Source: an uncultured Clostridia bacterium
Lineage (GTDB): Bacteria; Bacillota; Clostridia; TANB77; CAG-508
Direction of reading: 5' to 3'
Assembly: GCA_947623475.1 (NCBI GenBank)
Contig: CANQGV010000002.1
Span: 1 to 39,782 of the forward strand
Length of the DNA: 39,782 nt
The notes below the pieces were generated by a model. The model searched no databases, was not told the origin of the DNA, and saw only the letters and a program-made list of their open reading frames with translations. The position numbers were made by a program, and so were the translations under genes. Below, piece after piece: positions 26,197 to 34,596 of the stretch; position 1 is the stretch's first letter, and every line of letters starts with the position of its first letter.

Positions 26197-29100
26197 ATGA
26201 AAAAAATGCTGAAATTTACAATTGTTATTACTATAATATTCGCTTTGTTAAGTGGTAATGTCGCAGTAATTGCAGCAAACACTACAAACGTAAACACTAA
26301 ACAAGCTACAAAAACAACTGCTCAAGAAGAAAATAAAGCAGCTAACAATAGTAAAACAGAAACAAGCCAAAAAGAATTACCAGATAAAGAAAATAAAACA
26401 ACAGAAGATAAAAGCAATGAAGATTCTGCTAAAAAAGAAGATGAAAAAGAAAAAAGCAAAGAAAACACTACATCTTCTAAAAAAACAACTATAAGCAATT
26501 CTAACGAAAATGAAATCATGACAATTCAAGAGGACCAAACAAATGAAGAGGATGAGACTAAGACTGAAACTGGAAGATTAAATCTAATTATAGATTTAAA
26601 ATTACCAAATGAAGGTATTGATTCTAGTTACTTTGAAACAACTTTAGTAAAAACAAATCCTAAAGAAGGAGAAGATGCAAAAACTTATACTGGGGTTGGA
26701 TATGGAACAGGAAAAGAAGGAAAATTATACTATGAATTTAAAGATTTACCTACAGATGAAGTTGTAGGAGACAATGAAGGAAAAACAGATTATAACTTAA
26801 CTGTAAAAGTAAATGAAAAGAAAGCTAAAAGAGTATATCAAACTTATAGCTATACAATTCCCGTTAAACCAAAGATGGCAACAACATTGGAAATAGTAAA
26901 TAGTTTTGATGTTAAAGCATTAGAAAACGGTGCTAATAGAGCTATAATGGGAGTTGGAGACATCATAACATCTAGTGGAGATGTAGTAGGAAATATTAAT
27001 GACAATGATATAAACAAAATGATAGAAGCAATTGAAGCAGGAGATAAATCATATGATTTAAATGGAGATGGAAAAATAAATATCATAGATTTATCATATA
27101 TAGCTTACAATAAAGGCAATCAAGGAACACAATCAGGAAAAACTGGATATGATCAAATTATAATCGCAGATGAAAATACTTTCGCAGACCAAGCTAAAAG
27201 CGAAACTACTACAGTAACAGGTGATTTGAATAATATTTTAGAAAATAATAATAAATATGTTTCTTTAGCACCAAAAGAAGGAACTGAAATATCAGAAGAA
27301 AAGCCTGTTGAATTAACAATAGACTTAGGAAAAGAAAATGAAACCAAAACAGAAGAAATAACAATTTCTCCATCACCAAATCCAGAAAATAATATACAAA
27401 GTGGTGTAGTTACAGTAGTTTATACAGAAGATGGAAGCGAAGAAGAAAAAACTATGGAATTAGACATAGGAAAAGCTGGTGAAATAATAGCAGATGCTAT
27501 AAATGGAGAAAGACTTTTAGGAGAATATGCAGAGATAACATCAGATACTACAAAAGGTAAAGCAGGAACAACAATAGAAAGTGATGGAACTATTGTAATA
27601 AACTTAGGAGGGCAAATAGCAGTAAAGAAAATTACAATAAAAGTAACATCAACAAAAAGTAAAAAACTAGCAGATATTGCTAAAGTAGAATTTTTAAATG
27701 GTATGGAAGACAGAATTCCAGCACCAACTATTCAAGCACCATCAGGACTTTTTGGAACAGCATCAGCTGAATCATTAGTAATTTCTTGGGATGCAATGCC
27801 AAATGTTACAGGATATGAAGTAGAAATTAAAGATGAAGATGGACAAGTTGAATATCATTTAACAGAAGCTAACCAAATAAGTTTACAACAATTCAAAACA
27901 AAGGACTTTAAAGACTTGCATTATAAAAATTTTGATGTTAGAGTTCAATCAATAAATGGAGAATGGAAAAGTGGATTTGGAGAAACAAAAACACTAACTC
28001 CAACACCAAATGGACCACCACCTGCACCAGATAATCTATTTGTTAAAGGTGGAATAAAAGAAATCAAAGCAACATGGAAAAAGATGAATTCAACATTATC
28101 ATATAATGTACAATATAGAAGAGCAGACGAAACAGAAGATGACTGGAAAGTAGCAGCAACAGAAACAACAGCAAATGAGTGTACAATAACAGGATTAGAA
28201 GATAAAGTAAAATATCTAGTAAGAGTACAAGGAGTAAATGATTATAATACAAAGAGTGTTGGACCATTCTGTACACCAGGAGAAGCTACAACAACAATGG
28301 TAGAACCAGCAACACTACCAAGATATGGAGCAATTAACTTACCAACAAAAGATGGAAATGGAAATGAGCAAGAAGGAGTATTAACTGAGCATGTTTTAGA
28401 TGCAACATATAGTCATAGAGCAGATGGACTAGGACCTGTAACTTATATGGTTGATAGTGAATTAGATGGAGAAACAACAAATCTAACAAATAATACTCGT
28501 CCAGCACAAGGTGTTGTAGATAATACATTTACATCACACTACTATGTTAGAGACTGGGATGATGGTGGACATTATGTAGCAACTGATGCCACAAAAGGTT
28601 TAACAATTACATTTGATAACGAACAAGATATAAATTATATTACAACAGCACAAATAGAAAATTTAGGAAATATAGTAAATGCTAATGTAATATATTGGGG
28701 AGAAGACGGAGTTAAAAAAGGACCAGTTAAAGCATCACAAGTAGTAACAAGAAGAGATGCAAATGGTAGAGATTATACAGCAATAAAATTACCAGAAACA
28801 ATAAAAGCAAAGAAAATAAATGTTCAAATTGGAAGATATAGTTGGGACACTAGAAAAATAACTGTTGCAGAAATTCGTTTCCACGACATAGGTGATTTAG
28901 AACAAAGAGTAAATGATTTATTTACAGATCAAATGCACTTAGAATTAAAAGACGAAGTTAATGAACAAAAAGTAGCTGATTTACAAAAAGAATTAGATAC
29001 AACAGATCAAGATGAATATCGTCCAGCAATAGATGAAGACGGAAATGTTGAGCCACACAACGGTGAATTTAATCCAGAAAAAGAAAGTATACAAAAAGAA

Positions 29101-32061
29101 CTTACATTAGCAAAAGATTTATTATCAGCTAAAAAAGCTGAAGTTATAAAAATAGATTCAAATCTTACAAAGAAAAAAGACGGACATATAACATTTAGTG
29201 GAGGATTAAATGCATGGCAACCACTAGGAACAGTAGCATATTCAGGAGAAAAAATAAAAGTATATGTAGGAAATCCAAATAAAAAAATAGGAGATTCTAC
29301 AGACCTTAGACTAATTGCAACACAATATCATGCAGAAGCAGCATACTGGAAATCAGGAGACATACCTTTAAAAGTTGGAATAAATGAAATAACAGTACCA
29401 GAAATAATAACATCAGCAAGAGAAAAAGGTGGCTCTCTATATGTAGAATATGTAGGAAATAATGCAAGTGATGATTATGCTGTAAGAGTAAGTGGTGGAG
29501 AAAGCATACCAGTTTTAGATTTAACAAAATTAGATAAAACTGATGCAAATTATCAAACAAATAGAACAAAAGCAATAACAGACTATGTAAGTGCCTTAGA
29601 AGAACAAGTTAAAAATTTAAAAACAAATCATGATGAAAATCATAAAAAAATAGAAGCATTTAAAGATTATGAATATGATGAAGAAAACTGTATAGCAGGA
29701 GCAACAGAAGTTGTATTAGATCAAATGATGTATTCAGTATCTGCTAAAGGATTATTATCAGGATTAGACGGTGAAGGTGATAAAGTAGAAAAATTAGATA
29801 ATTCATTAAAAGCAATGGATGAAATGATAGATTTATTCTATGCACACAAAGGTCTAAGTAAAGAATCAGCAGACAAAGTTGGAGCTACAAATGTATATCC
29901 ATCAAGCAGATTAAACATACGTTACCATATAATGTTTGCAGGAGCTGCAATGTATGCAGGTGGTCTACATATCGGTATACCTTATGGAGATGTTGCAACA
30001 TTATCAAGAGGAAATCCAATACAAAAAGAAGCTGACGGAAAATATATAAGTGGAAACTATTTTGGATGGGGAATCTCACATGAAATAGGACACATAATAA
30101 ATGAAGGATACTATGTACATGGAGAAGTTACAAATAACTACTTCTCAGTATTATCACAAGCAAAAGATACAAATGATTCAGTAAGATTCAAATATCCAGA
30201 AGTATATAAGAAAGTAATGTCAGGAAAAACTGGTAAAGCACAAAATGTATTTACACAACTAGGACTATATTGGCAATTCCATTTAGCAAATGATACAACT
30301 AAATACAATTTTGATAATTCATATGAATCATATGACGAACAATTCAATAGTTTAGTATTTGCTAGAATGGACACATATGCAAGAGAATATAAGAAAAATG
30401 GTAAAACTACTGCACCAAAAGCAGAAGAAAAAGGAATAGAATTAAAATTAGATACTAGTGTAGAACCTTATGTTAAAACAGATAATAACTTAATGAGATT
30501 AGCATGTGCAGCAACTAAGCATAATGTATTGACATTCTTTGAAAAATGGGGAATGGAGCCAGACAATGAAACAATAGCATATGCAAATCAATTTGAAAAA
30601 ATATATGAAGAAGGAACAGATAAAGAAAAAGCTATATGGTACATAAATGACGATGCTAGAGCTTATCAAATAGCAGGAGGAGCTAAAATGACACAAGGAG
30701 CACAAGTTCAAGCAGAAGTTAAAGATGTAGAAGGACATAAAAATCAAAAAGCAATAAGCTTAAATGTTACAGGAAACAATAACCCAGATGCAATATTAGG
30801 ATATGAAATAAATAGAATTTCATGGGATCATGGAAATGAGGTTGTAACACCTGTAGGATTTATAACAGCAGAAGAATTAAAAGCTACTAATGGAGAATAT
30901 GTAGACACAATAGAAACAATAAATAACAGAGTATTTGAATATAGAATTACAGCATATGACAAATACTTAAATTCAACAGAACAAGTTAAAACAGTTCAAT
31001 TCAAAGTTCAAAATGACGGATATCAAGGTAATAAAGCTGAATGGGAAATAACAACAAACTATGTAACAGAAGAAGAAGCAAAATTAGCTAAAGATAAAAC
31101 AGATACTTTACATGGAGCTAAATCAGATTGTTCAGCAAGTGAAGAAGAAACTGAAGGTAATGATGTTTCACCAGCAGTTAGAACTTTAATTGATAATGGT
31201 AAAACCGATAACGGTAATACTGTAGACTACAAAGCAAAAGCTCCAAGTAATGAAGGTGGAGAAATTATAATTTCATTACCAGAACAAGCAGTTCTAACAG
31301 GATTTAAATATACAACAGCAAGCAAAAAAGAACTTAAAGATTATACTGTAGAAGTAAGTAAAGATGGTAAGGAATGGGAGAAAGCATTAGAAGAACATAC
31401 AGGAATGGTAAGTAGTATAATGAATATTTCTTTAGACAATAATGGAACACATACAGCTTACTTTAATCCAGATGGAACTGATGAACTAAGAGTATTTGAA
31501 GCAAAATATGTTAAATTAACAATCAAAGACACAGATATTGCTATTTCAGAAATAGATTTAATAGGAAAAACTGGAGACAACATAGATTTTATAGAAGAAG
31601 ACGGACATTATGGAATAGGAATATTAGATGAAGATGTAGTACTAGAAAGAGGTACAGATGAAACACCAACTTCAATAATACCAGCTGGCTCAATAGTATT
31701 TACAGGAACATATAAAGGAAACCCAGCATATAACACACCAGTTGTATATAAAGAAGATGGTTGGCCAATGGATGCTTATGGAGCAGTATTTGCACCAGAA
31801 CTTTCAAACGAAAAAGATAAACTTGGTGAAGTATCAAGTGGAACATGGATTTATTGGTTAGAAGAAAACGATGAAGTTACTAAAGAAATGTTTAATAAAG
31901 TAAAAAACGGAGAAATTACAAAAGTTAGAGCAGAATTATATCGTACAGATGATGCTAAAACGTCAGAAGGAGAAAGACTAACTAGTGATACTTATCTTGT
32001 TGATATACCAAGACAAGAAGATGGTACATTTTATAATATTCACATAGATAGTGGTAAATAA
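26197..32061 (+). CDS. large secreted multidomain M60-like (enhancin-type) zinc metallopeptidase with dockerin-like, FN3 and discoidin/CBM32-like modules
   Basis: ATG at 26197 follows AAGGAGG, and the signal peptide is MKKMLKFTIVITIIFALLSGNVAVIAA. The listed ORF start at 26155 has no RBS. Modules in order: a K/E/T-rich linker; a Ca-binding dockerin-type repeat DLNGDGKINIIDL (27055-27093); two FN3-like repeats (~27720-28300); discoidin-like segments; an M60 N-domain-like region; the catalytic motif WGISHEIGHIINEG...GEVTNNYFS (HEIGH at 30079-30093); then further FN3 and discoidin modules. Confidence 0.85.
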   Translation: MKKMLKFTIVITIIFALLSGNVAVIAANTTNVNTKQATKTTAQEENKAANNSKTETSQKELPDKENKTTEDKSNEDSAKKEDEKEKSKENTTSSKKTTISNSNENEIMTIQEDQTNEEDETKTETGRLNLIIDLKLPNEGIDSSYFETTLVKTNPKEGEDAKTYTGVGYGTGKEGKLYYEFKDLPTDEVVGDNEGKTDYNLTVKVNEKKAKRVYQTYSYTIPVKPKMATTLEIVNSFDVKALENGANRAIMGVGDIITSSGDVVGNINDNDINKMIEAIEAGDKSYDLNGDGKINIIDLSYIAYNKGNQGTQSGKTGYDQIIIADENTFADQAKSETTTVTGDLNNILENNNKYVSLAPKEGTEISEEKPVELTIDLGKENETKTEEITISPSPNPENNIQSGVVTVVYTEDGSEEEKTMELDIGKAGEIIADAINGERLLGEYAEITSDTTKGKAGTTIESDGTIVINLGGQIAVKKITIKVTSTKSKKLADIAKVEFLNGMEDRIPAPTIQAPSGLFGTASAESLVISWDAMPNVTGYEVEIKDEDGQVEYHLTEANQISLQQFKTKDFKDLHYKNFDVRVQSINGEWKSGFGETKTLTPTPNGPPPAPDNLFVKGGIKEIKATWKKMNSTLSYNVQYRRADETEDDWKVAATETTANECTITGLEDKVKYLVRVQGVNDYNTKSVGPFCTPGEATTTMVEPATLPRYGAINLPTKDGNGNEQEGVLTEHVLDATYSHRADGLGPVTYMVDSELDGETTNLTNNTRPAQGVVDNTFTSHYYVRDWDDGGHYVATDATKGLTITFDNEQDINYITTAQIENLGNIVNANVIYWGEDGVKKGPVKASQVVTRRDANGRDYTAIKLPETIKAKKINVQIGRYSWDTRKITVAEIRFHDIGDLEQRVNDLFTDQMHLELKDEVNEQKVADLQKELDTTDQDEYRPAIDEDGNVEPHNGEFNPEKESIQKELTLAKDLLSAKKAEVIKIDSNLTKKKDGHITFSGGLNAWQPLGTVAYSGEKIKVYVGNPNKKIGDSTDLRLIATQYHAEAAYWKSGDIPLKVGINEITVPEIITSAREKGGSLYVEYVGNNASDDYAVRVSGGESIPVLDLTKLDKTDANYQTNRTKAITDYVSALEEQVKNLKTNHDENHKKIEAFKDYEYDEENCIAGATEVVLDQMMYSVSAKGLLSGLDGEGDKVEKLDNSLKAMDEMIDLFYAHKGLSKESADKVGATNVYPSSRLNIRYHIMFAGAAMYAGGLHIGIPYGDVATLSRGNPIQKEADGKYISGNYFGWGISHEIGHIINEGYYVHGEVTNNYFSVLSQAKDTNDSVRFKYPEVYKKVMSGKTGKAQNVFTQLGLYWQFHLANDTTKYNFDNSYESYDEQFNSLVFARMDTYAREYKKNGKTTAPKAEEKGIELKLDTSVEPYVKTDNNLMRLACAATKHNVLTFFEKWGMEPDNETIAYANQFEKIYEEGTDKEKAIWYINDDARAYQIAGGAKMTQGAQVQAEVKDVEGHKNQKAISLNVTGNNNPDAILGYEINRISWDHGNEVVTPVGFITAEELKATNGEYVDTIETINNRVFEYRITAYDKYLNSTEQVKTVQFKVQNDGYQGNKAEWEITTNYVTEEEAKLAKDKTDTLHGAKSDCSASEEETEGNDVSPAVRTLIDNGKTDNGNTVDYKAKAPSNEGGEIIISLPEQAVLTGFKYTTASKKELKDYTVEVSKDGKEWEKALEEHTGMVSSIMNISLDNNGTHTAYFNPDGTDELRVFEAKYVKLTIKDTDIAISEIDLIGKTGDNIDFIEEDGHYGIGILDEDVVLERGTDETPTSIIPAGSIVFTGTYKGNPAYNTPVVYKEDGWPMDAYGAVFAPELSNEKDKLGEVSSGTWIYWLEENDEVTKEMFNKVKNGEITKVRAELYRTDDAKTSEGERLTSDTYLVDIPRQEDGTFYNIHIDSGK

Positions 32062-32088
32062 AATAAGACAAATTGAAAGGAGAACGAG

Positions 32089-33225
32089 ATGAAAAATAAA
32101 AAGTTAATGTATATAGTAATAGCTATTCTATCATTAGTTACTATCACAATTACAGGCTTTGTTTTAGCAGAAAAAAGTGCCAATAGGTCATATGAGGAGC
32201 TAGATAGAACAGCTGTAGTATTACAACCTAAAACAGATGCTAATGGAAATTATACAGGAGAAGTAGAAGTATTATTACAAATGAATGACGGTATCAGAAC
32301 AGAAGAACAAAAACCAAATGAAGAAGGTACTATAATAGAAGATGCAGCAAGTGTTCAGTCATTCCAAATAGGATTAGACGTTGCAGCTACAATTGAAAAC
32401 AAAGAAGATGTATCTTTTACCTTTAATAAAGAGTTAGCTGAAAATGCAGAAAATGATACTGCTGGAAAAGTTAAATTAGCTAAAGTTACTCAAGAATTAG
32501 TAAAAGATGAACAATCAAGTTCAGAAGGAAATACTACAATATATAAAGGTGAAAAATTAAATATATATTATGTAGGAACAAAAGATTTAAATGATACAAA
32601 TTCAGTAGAAATGGTTTCAATAGGAACACTTAAAATAAAAGTTCCAGAAGGTAGTACTAATGAAACAGTTATGATTAACCCTATAGAAGAAGCAACAACA
32701 GCTTCTTCTACAGGACATAGTGAAACAAAAATAAATGTTCAACCAGAAGACAAAGTAAGCTTTATATTAAATGAAAAAGAGCCAGACCATGAAGATGATC
32801 CTTCAGGAAATACAAACACTAATACAGGTGGAAGTACAAATACAAATACAGAAGGAAGTACAAACACTAACACAGAAGGAAGCACTAATACAAATACAGA
32901 GGGAAGTGGAAACACAAATACAAATACAGGAGGAAGTACAAATACTAATACAGGTAGTGGATCTGGAACTGGTGGAACAGGTAGCCAAGGTAGTGGAACA
33001 GGATCTCAAGGAGGCTCTTCAACTGGAGGAACTAATAATGGATGGAGTGCTAAAGATGAAGATAAAGCCAAAGGAAATATAGGTGATAAAATTATTTCAG
33101 CACTTAAAACAGGAGCAAATCATTCAATCACATGGATCATAATTGCTATAGTAGTATTAGCAGGAGTAGCTTTTGGAATAGTAATGGTAAAAACAAGAGC
33201 ATCTGGAAAGAGAGCAAAACATTAA
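32089..33225 (+). CDS. cell-surface protein with N-terminal signal/anchor, a beta-rich (cohesin-like?) domain, a (G-S-T-N-T-N-T-E)n repeat and a C-terminal sorting-signal-like anchor
   Basis: N-terminal TM MYIVIAILSLVTITITGFVL. The repeat lies at 32806-32955. The C-terminus ALKTGAN + ITWIIIAIVVLAGVAFGIVMV + KTRASGKRAKH has the tripartite layout of a sortase signal but carries LKTG instead of LPxTG. Confidence 0.75.
   Translation: MKNKKLMYIVIAILSLVTITITGFVLAEKSANRSYEELDRTAVVLQPKTDANGNYTGEVEVLLQMNDGIRTEEQKPNEEGTIIEDAASVQSFQIGLDVAATIENKEDVSFTFNKELAENAENDTAGKVKLAKVTQELVKDEQSSSEGNTTIYKGEKLNIYYVGTKDLNDTNSVEMVSIGTLKIKVPEGSTNETVMINPIEEATTASSTGHSETKINVQPEDKVSFILNEKEPDHEDDPSGNTNTNTGGSTNTNTEGSTNTNTEGSTNTNTEGSGNTNTNTGGSTNTNTGSGSGTGGTGSQGSGTGSQGGSSTGGTNNGWSAKDEDKAKGNIGDKIISALKTGANHSITWIIIAIVVLAGVAFGIVMVKTRASGKRAKH
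32806..32955 (+). repeat. in-frame 24-nt tandem repeat, ~6 copies
   Basis: GGAAGTACAAATACAAATACAGAA-like units start at 32806, 32830, 32854, 32878, 32902 (30 nt) and 32932. They encode GSTNTNTE variants. Confidence 0.85.
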
Positions 33226-33238
33226 AATATATTATAAA

Positions 33239-33270
33239 AATCCTTATCAGAAATGATAGGGATTTTTTTT
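33239..33270 (+). terminator. Rho-independent terminator
   Basis: AATCCTTATCA pairs with TGATAGGGATT (one G-U pair) around a GAAA loop, followed by T8. Confidence 0.75.
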
Positions 33271-33347
33271 GAAATTTACATATAAAGGTTGTAAAAAAAA
33301 TAAAAATTGATATAATAATATCAGAAATAAACGAAGGAGGAGAAAAC

Positions 33348-34493
33348 ATGTTAAAAAAAGTTGCAATTTTAGCAAATGGAGGAGATGTAGCAGGATTTAA
33401 TGCAGTAATAAGAGCTATAGTTAAATCAGCAGAAAATAAAGGTATTGAATGCTATGGAATATTAGACGGATATAATGGTTTATTAAAAAATGAATATGAG
33501 ATATTAAATACAGCAGCACATGGACCTGCACTTGGAATATTACCAAAAGGAGGATCAATAATAGGATCATCAACTAATGCAAATGTATTTAATTATAAAA
33601 TTGTTAATGAAGATGGAACAGTAGAGTTTAAAGATATGTCAGATATATGTGTTCAAAATGTAAAAGAGGCAGGATTTGATTGCGTATTTACATTAGGAGG
33701 AGACGGAACACAAAAATCTGCTAGAGATTTATCTTTAAAAGGAATAAATGTAATAGGAGTTCCAAAAACAATAGATAATGATGTTGCATGTACAGAAATA
33801 ACATTTGGATATAATACAGCTGTATCAGTAGCAGCAGAAGCTATTGATAGATTACATTCTACAGGTGAAACACATCATAGAATAATGGTATTAGAAGTTA
33901 TGGGACGTTATGCTGGTTGGATAGCATTAGAATCAGCAATAGCAGGAGGTGCAGACGTTGCATTGATACCAGAAATACCATATGATATAAATAGAGTAGC
34001 AGAAAAAATAAATAATAGAAGAAAAAGAGGAAAAGATTTTAGTATAGTAGTAGTAGCAGAAGGTGCTGCACCAATAAATGGAGAAATAACAATTAAGGGA
34101 ACAAGAAATAACGGCTCAGGAGTTGATAATACTAAATTAGGAGGAGTAGGACAAATAGTAGCAAAACAACTAGAAGAAATAACAGGACTAGAAGCAAGAA
34201 ATACAACATTAGGTTATATGCAAAGAGGTGGAACACCAACAGCTTATGATAGAGTATTATCTACAAAATATGGAGTAAAAGCAATGGAACTTGCATTAGA
34301 AGGAAAATTTGGAACATTAGCTGTTATAAAAAATGGAAAAGTAGACTCAGTATCACTAGAAGATGTAGTAGGAAATAATACTCAAATAGGAGCAGCATCT
34401 GGTAATACAGCAGAAAGCAATATAAGAAAAGTTTCACTAGATCATGATTTAGTAAAAACAGCGAGAGCTATTGGAATAAATTTAGGGGATTAG
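33348..34493 (+). CDS. pfkA: 6-phosphofructokinase (long, ~380-aa type)
   Basis: GGDGTQKSA, PKTIDNDV, EVMGRYAGWIAL and GYMQRGG motifs. It combines GGDG (ATP-type Gly) with PKTIDND (Lys, as in PPi/mixed-type enzymes), so the phosphoryl donor cannot be assigned from sequence alone. Confidence 0.85.
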   Translation: MLKKVAILANGGDVAGFNAVIRAIVKSAENKGIECYGILDGYNGLLKNEYEILNTAAHGPALGILPKGGSIIGSSTNANVFNYKIVNEDGTVEFKDMSDICVQNVKEAGFDCVFTLGGDGTQKSARDLSLKGINVIGVPKTIDNDVACTEITFGYNTAVSVAAEAIDRLHSTGETHHRIMVLEVMGRYAGWIALESAIAGGADVALIPEIPYDINRVAEKINNRRKRGKDFSIVVVAEGAAPINGEITIKGTRNNGSGVDNTKLGGVGQIVAKQLEEITGLEARNTTLGYMQRGGTPTAYDRVLSTKYGVKAMELALEGKFGTLAVIKNGKVDSVSLEDVVGNNTQIGAASGNTAESNIRKVSLDHDLVKTARAIGINLGD

Positions 34494-34538
34494 AAGTAAT
34501 CCTCTATTTTTATTTTCTAATAAGTTAATCTCTTTTTA

Positions 34539-34567
34539 TTGAAATTGAGTAAATTAAATGATAAAAT
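34539..34567 (+). promoter_or_regulatory. sigma-A type promoter for addA
   Basis: TTGAAA (34539-34544), a 17-nt spacer with a TG at -15/-14, then TAAAAT (34562-34567). Confidence 0.5.
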
Positions 34568-34596
34568 TAGACAAATCGATAAGGTAAGGAGTTTTA

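Noticed and set aside
32806-32955. Regularly spaced repeats as a possible CRISPR array
   Set aside because: The units are contiguous 24-nt copies with no spacers, lie in frame inside a CDS, and encode a GSTNTNTE stalk.
32771-33082. Alternative-frame ORFs over the tandem repeat (32771..33082 + and 32803..33009 -)
   Set aside because: They are by-products of the periodic 24-nt repeat keeping all frames open. The frame with the signal peptide and the C-terminal anchor (32089..33225) is the coding one.
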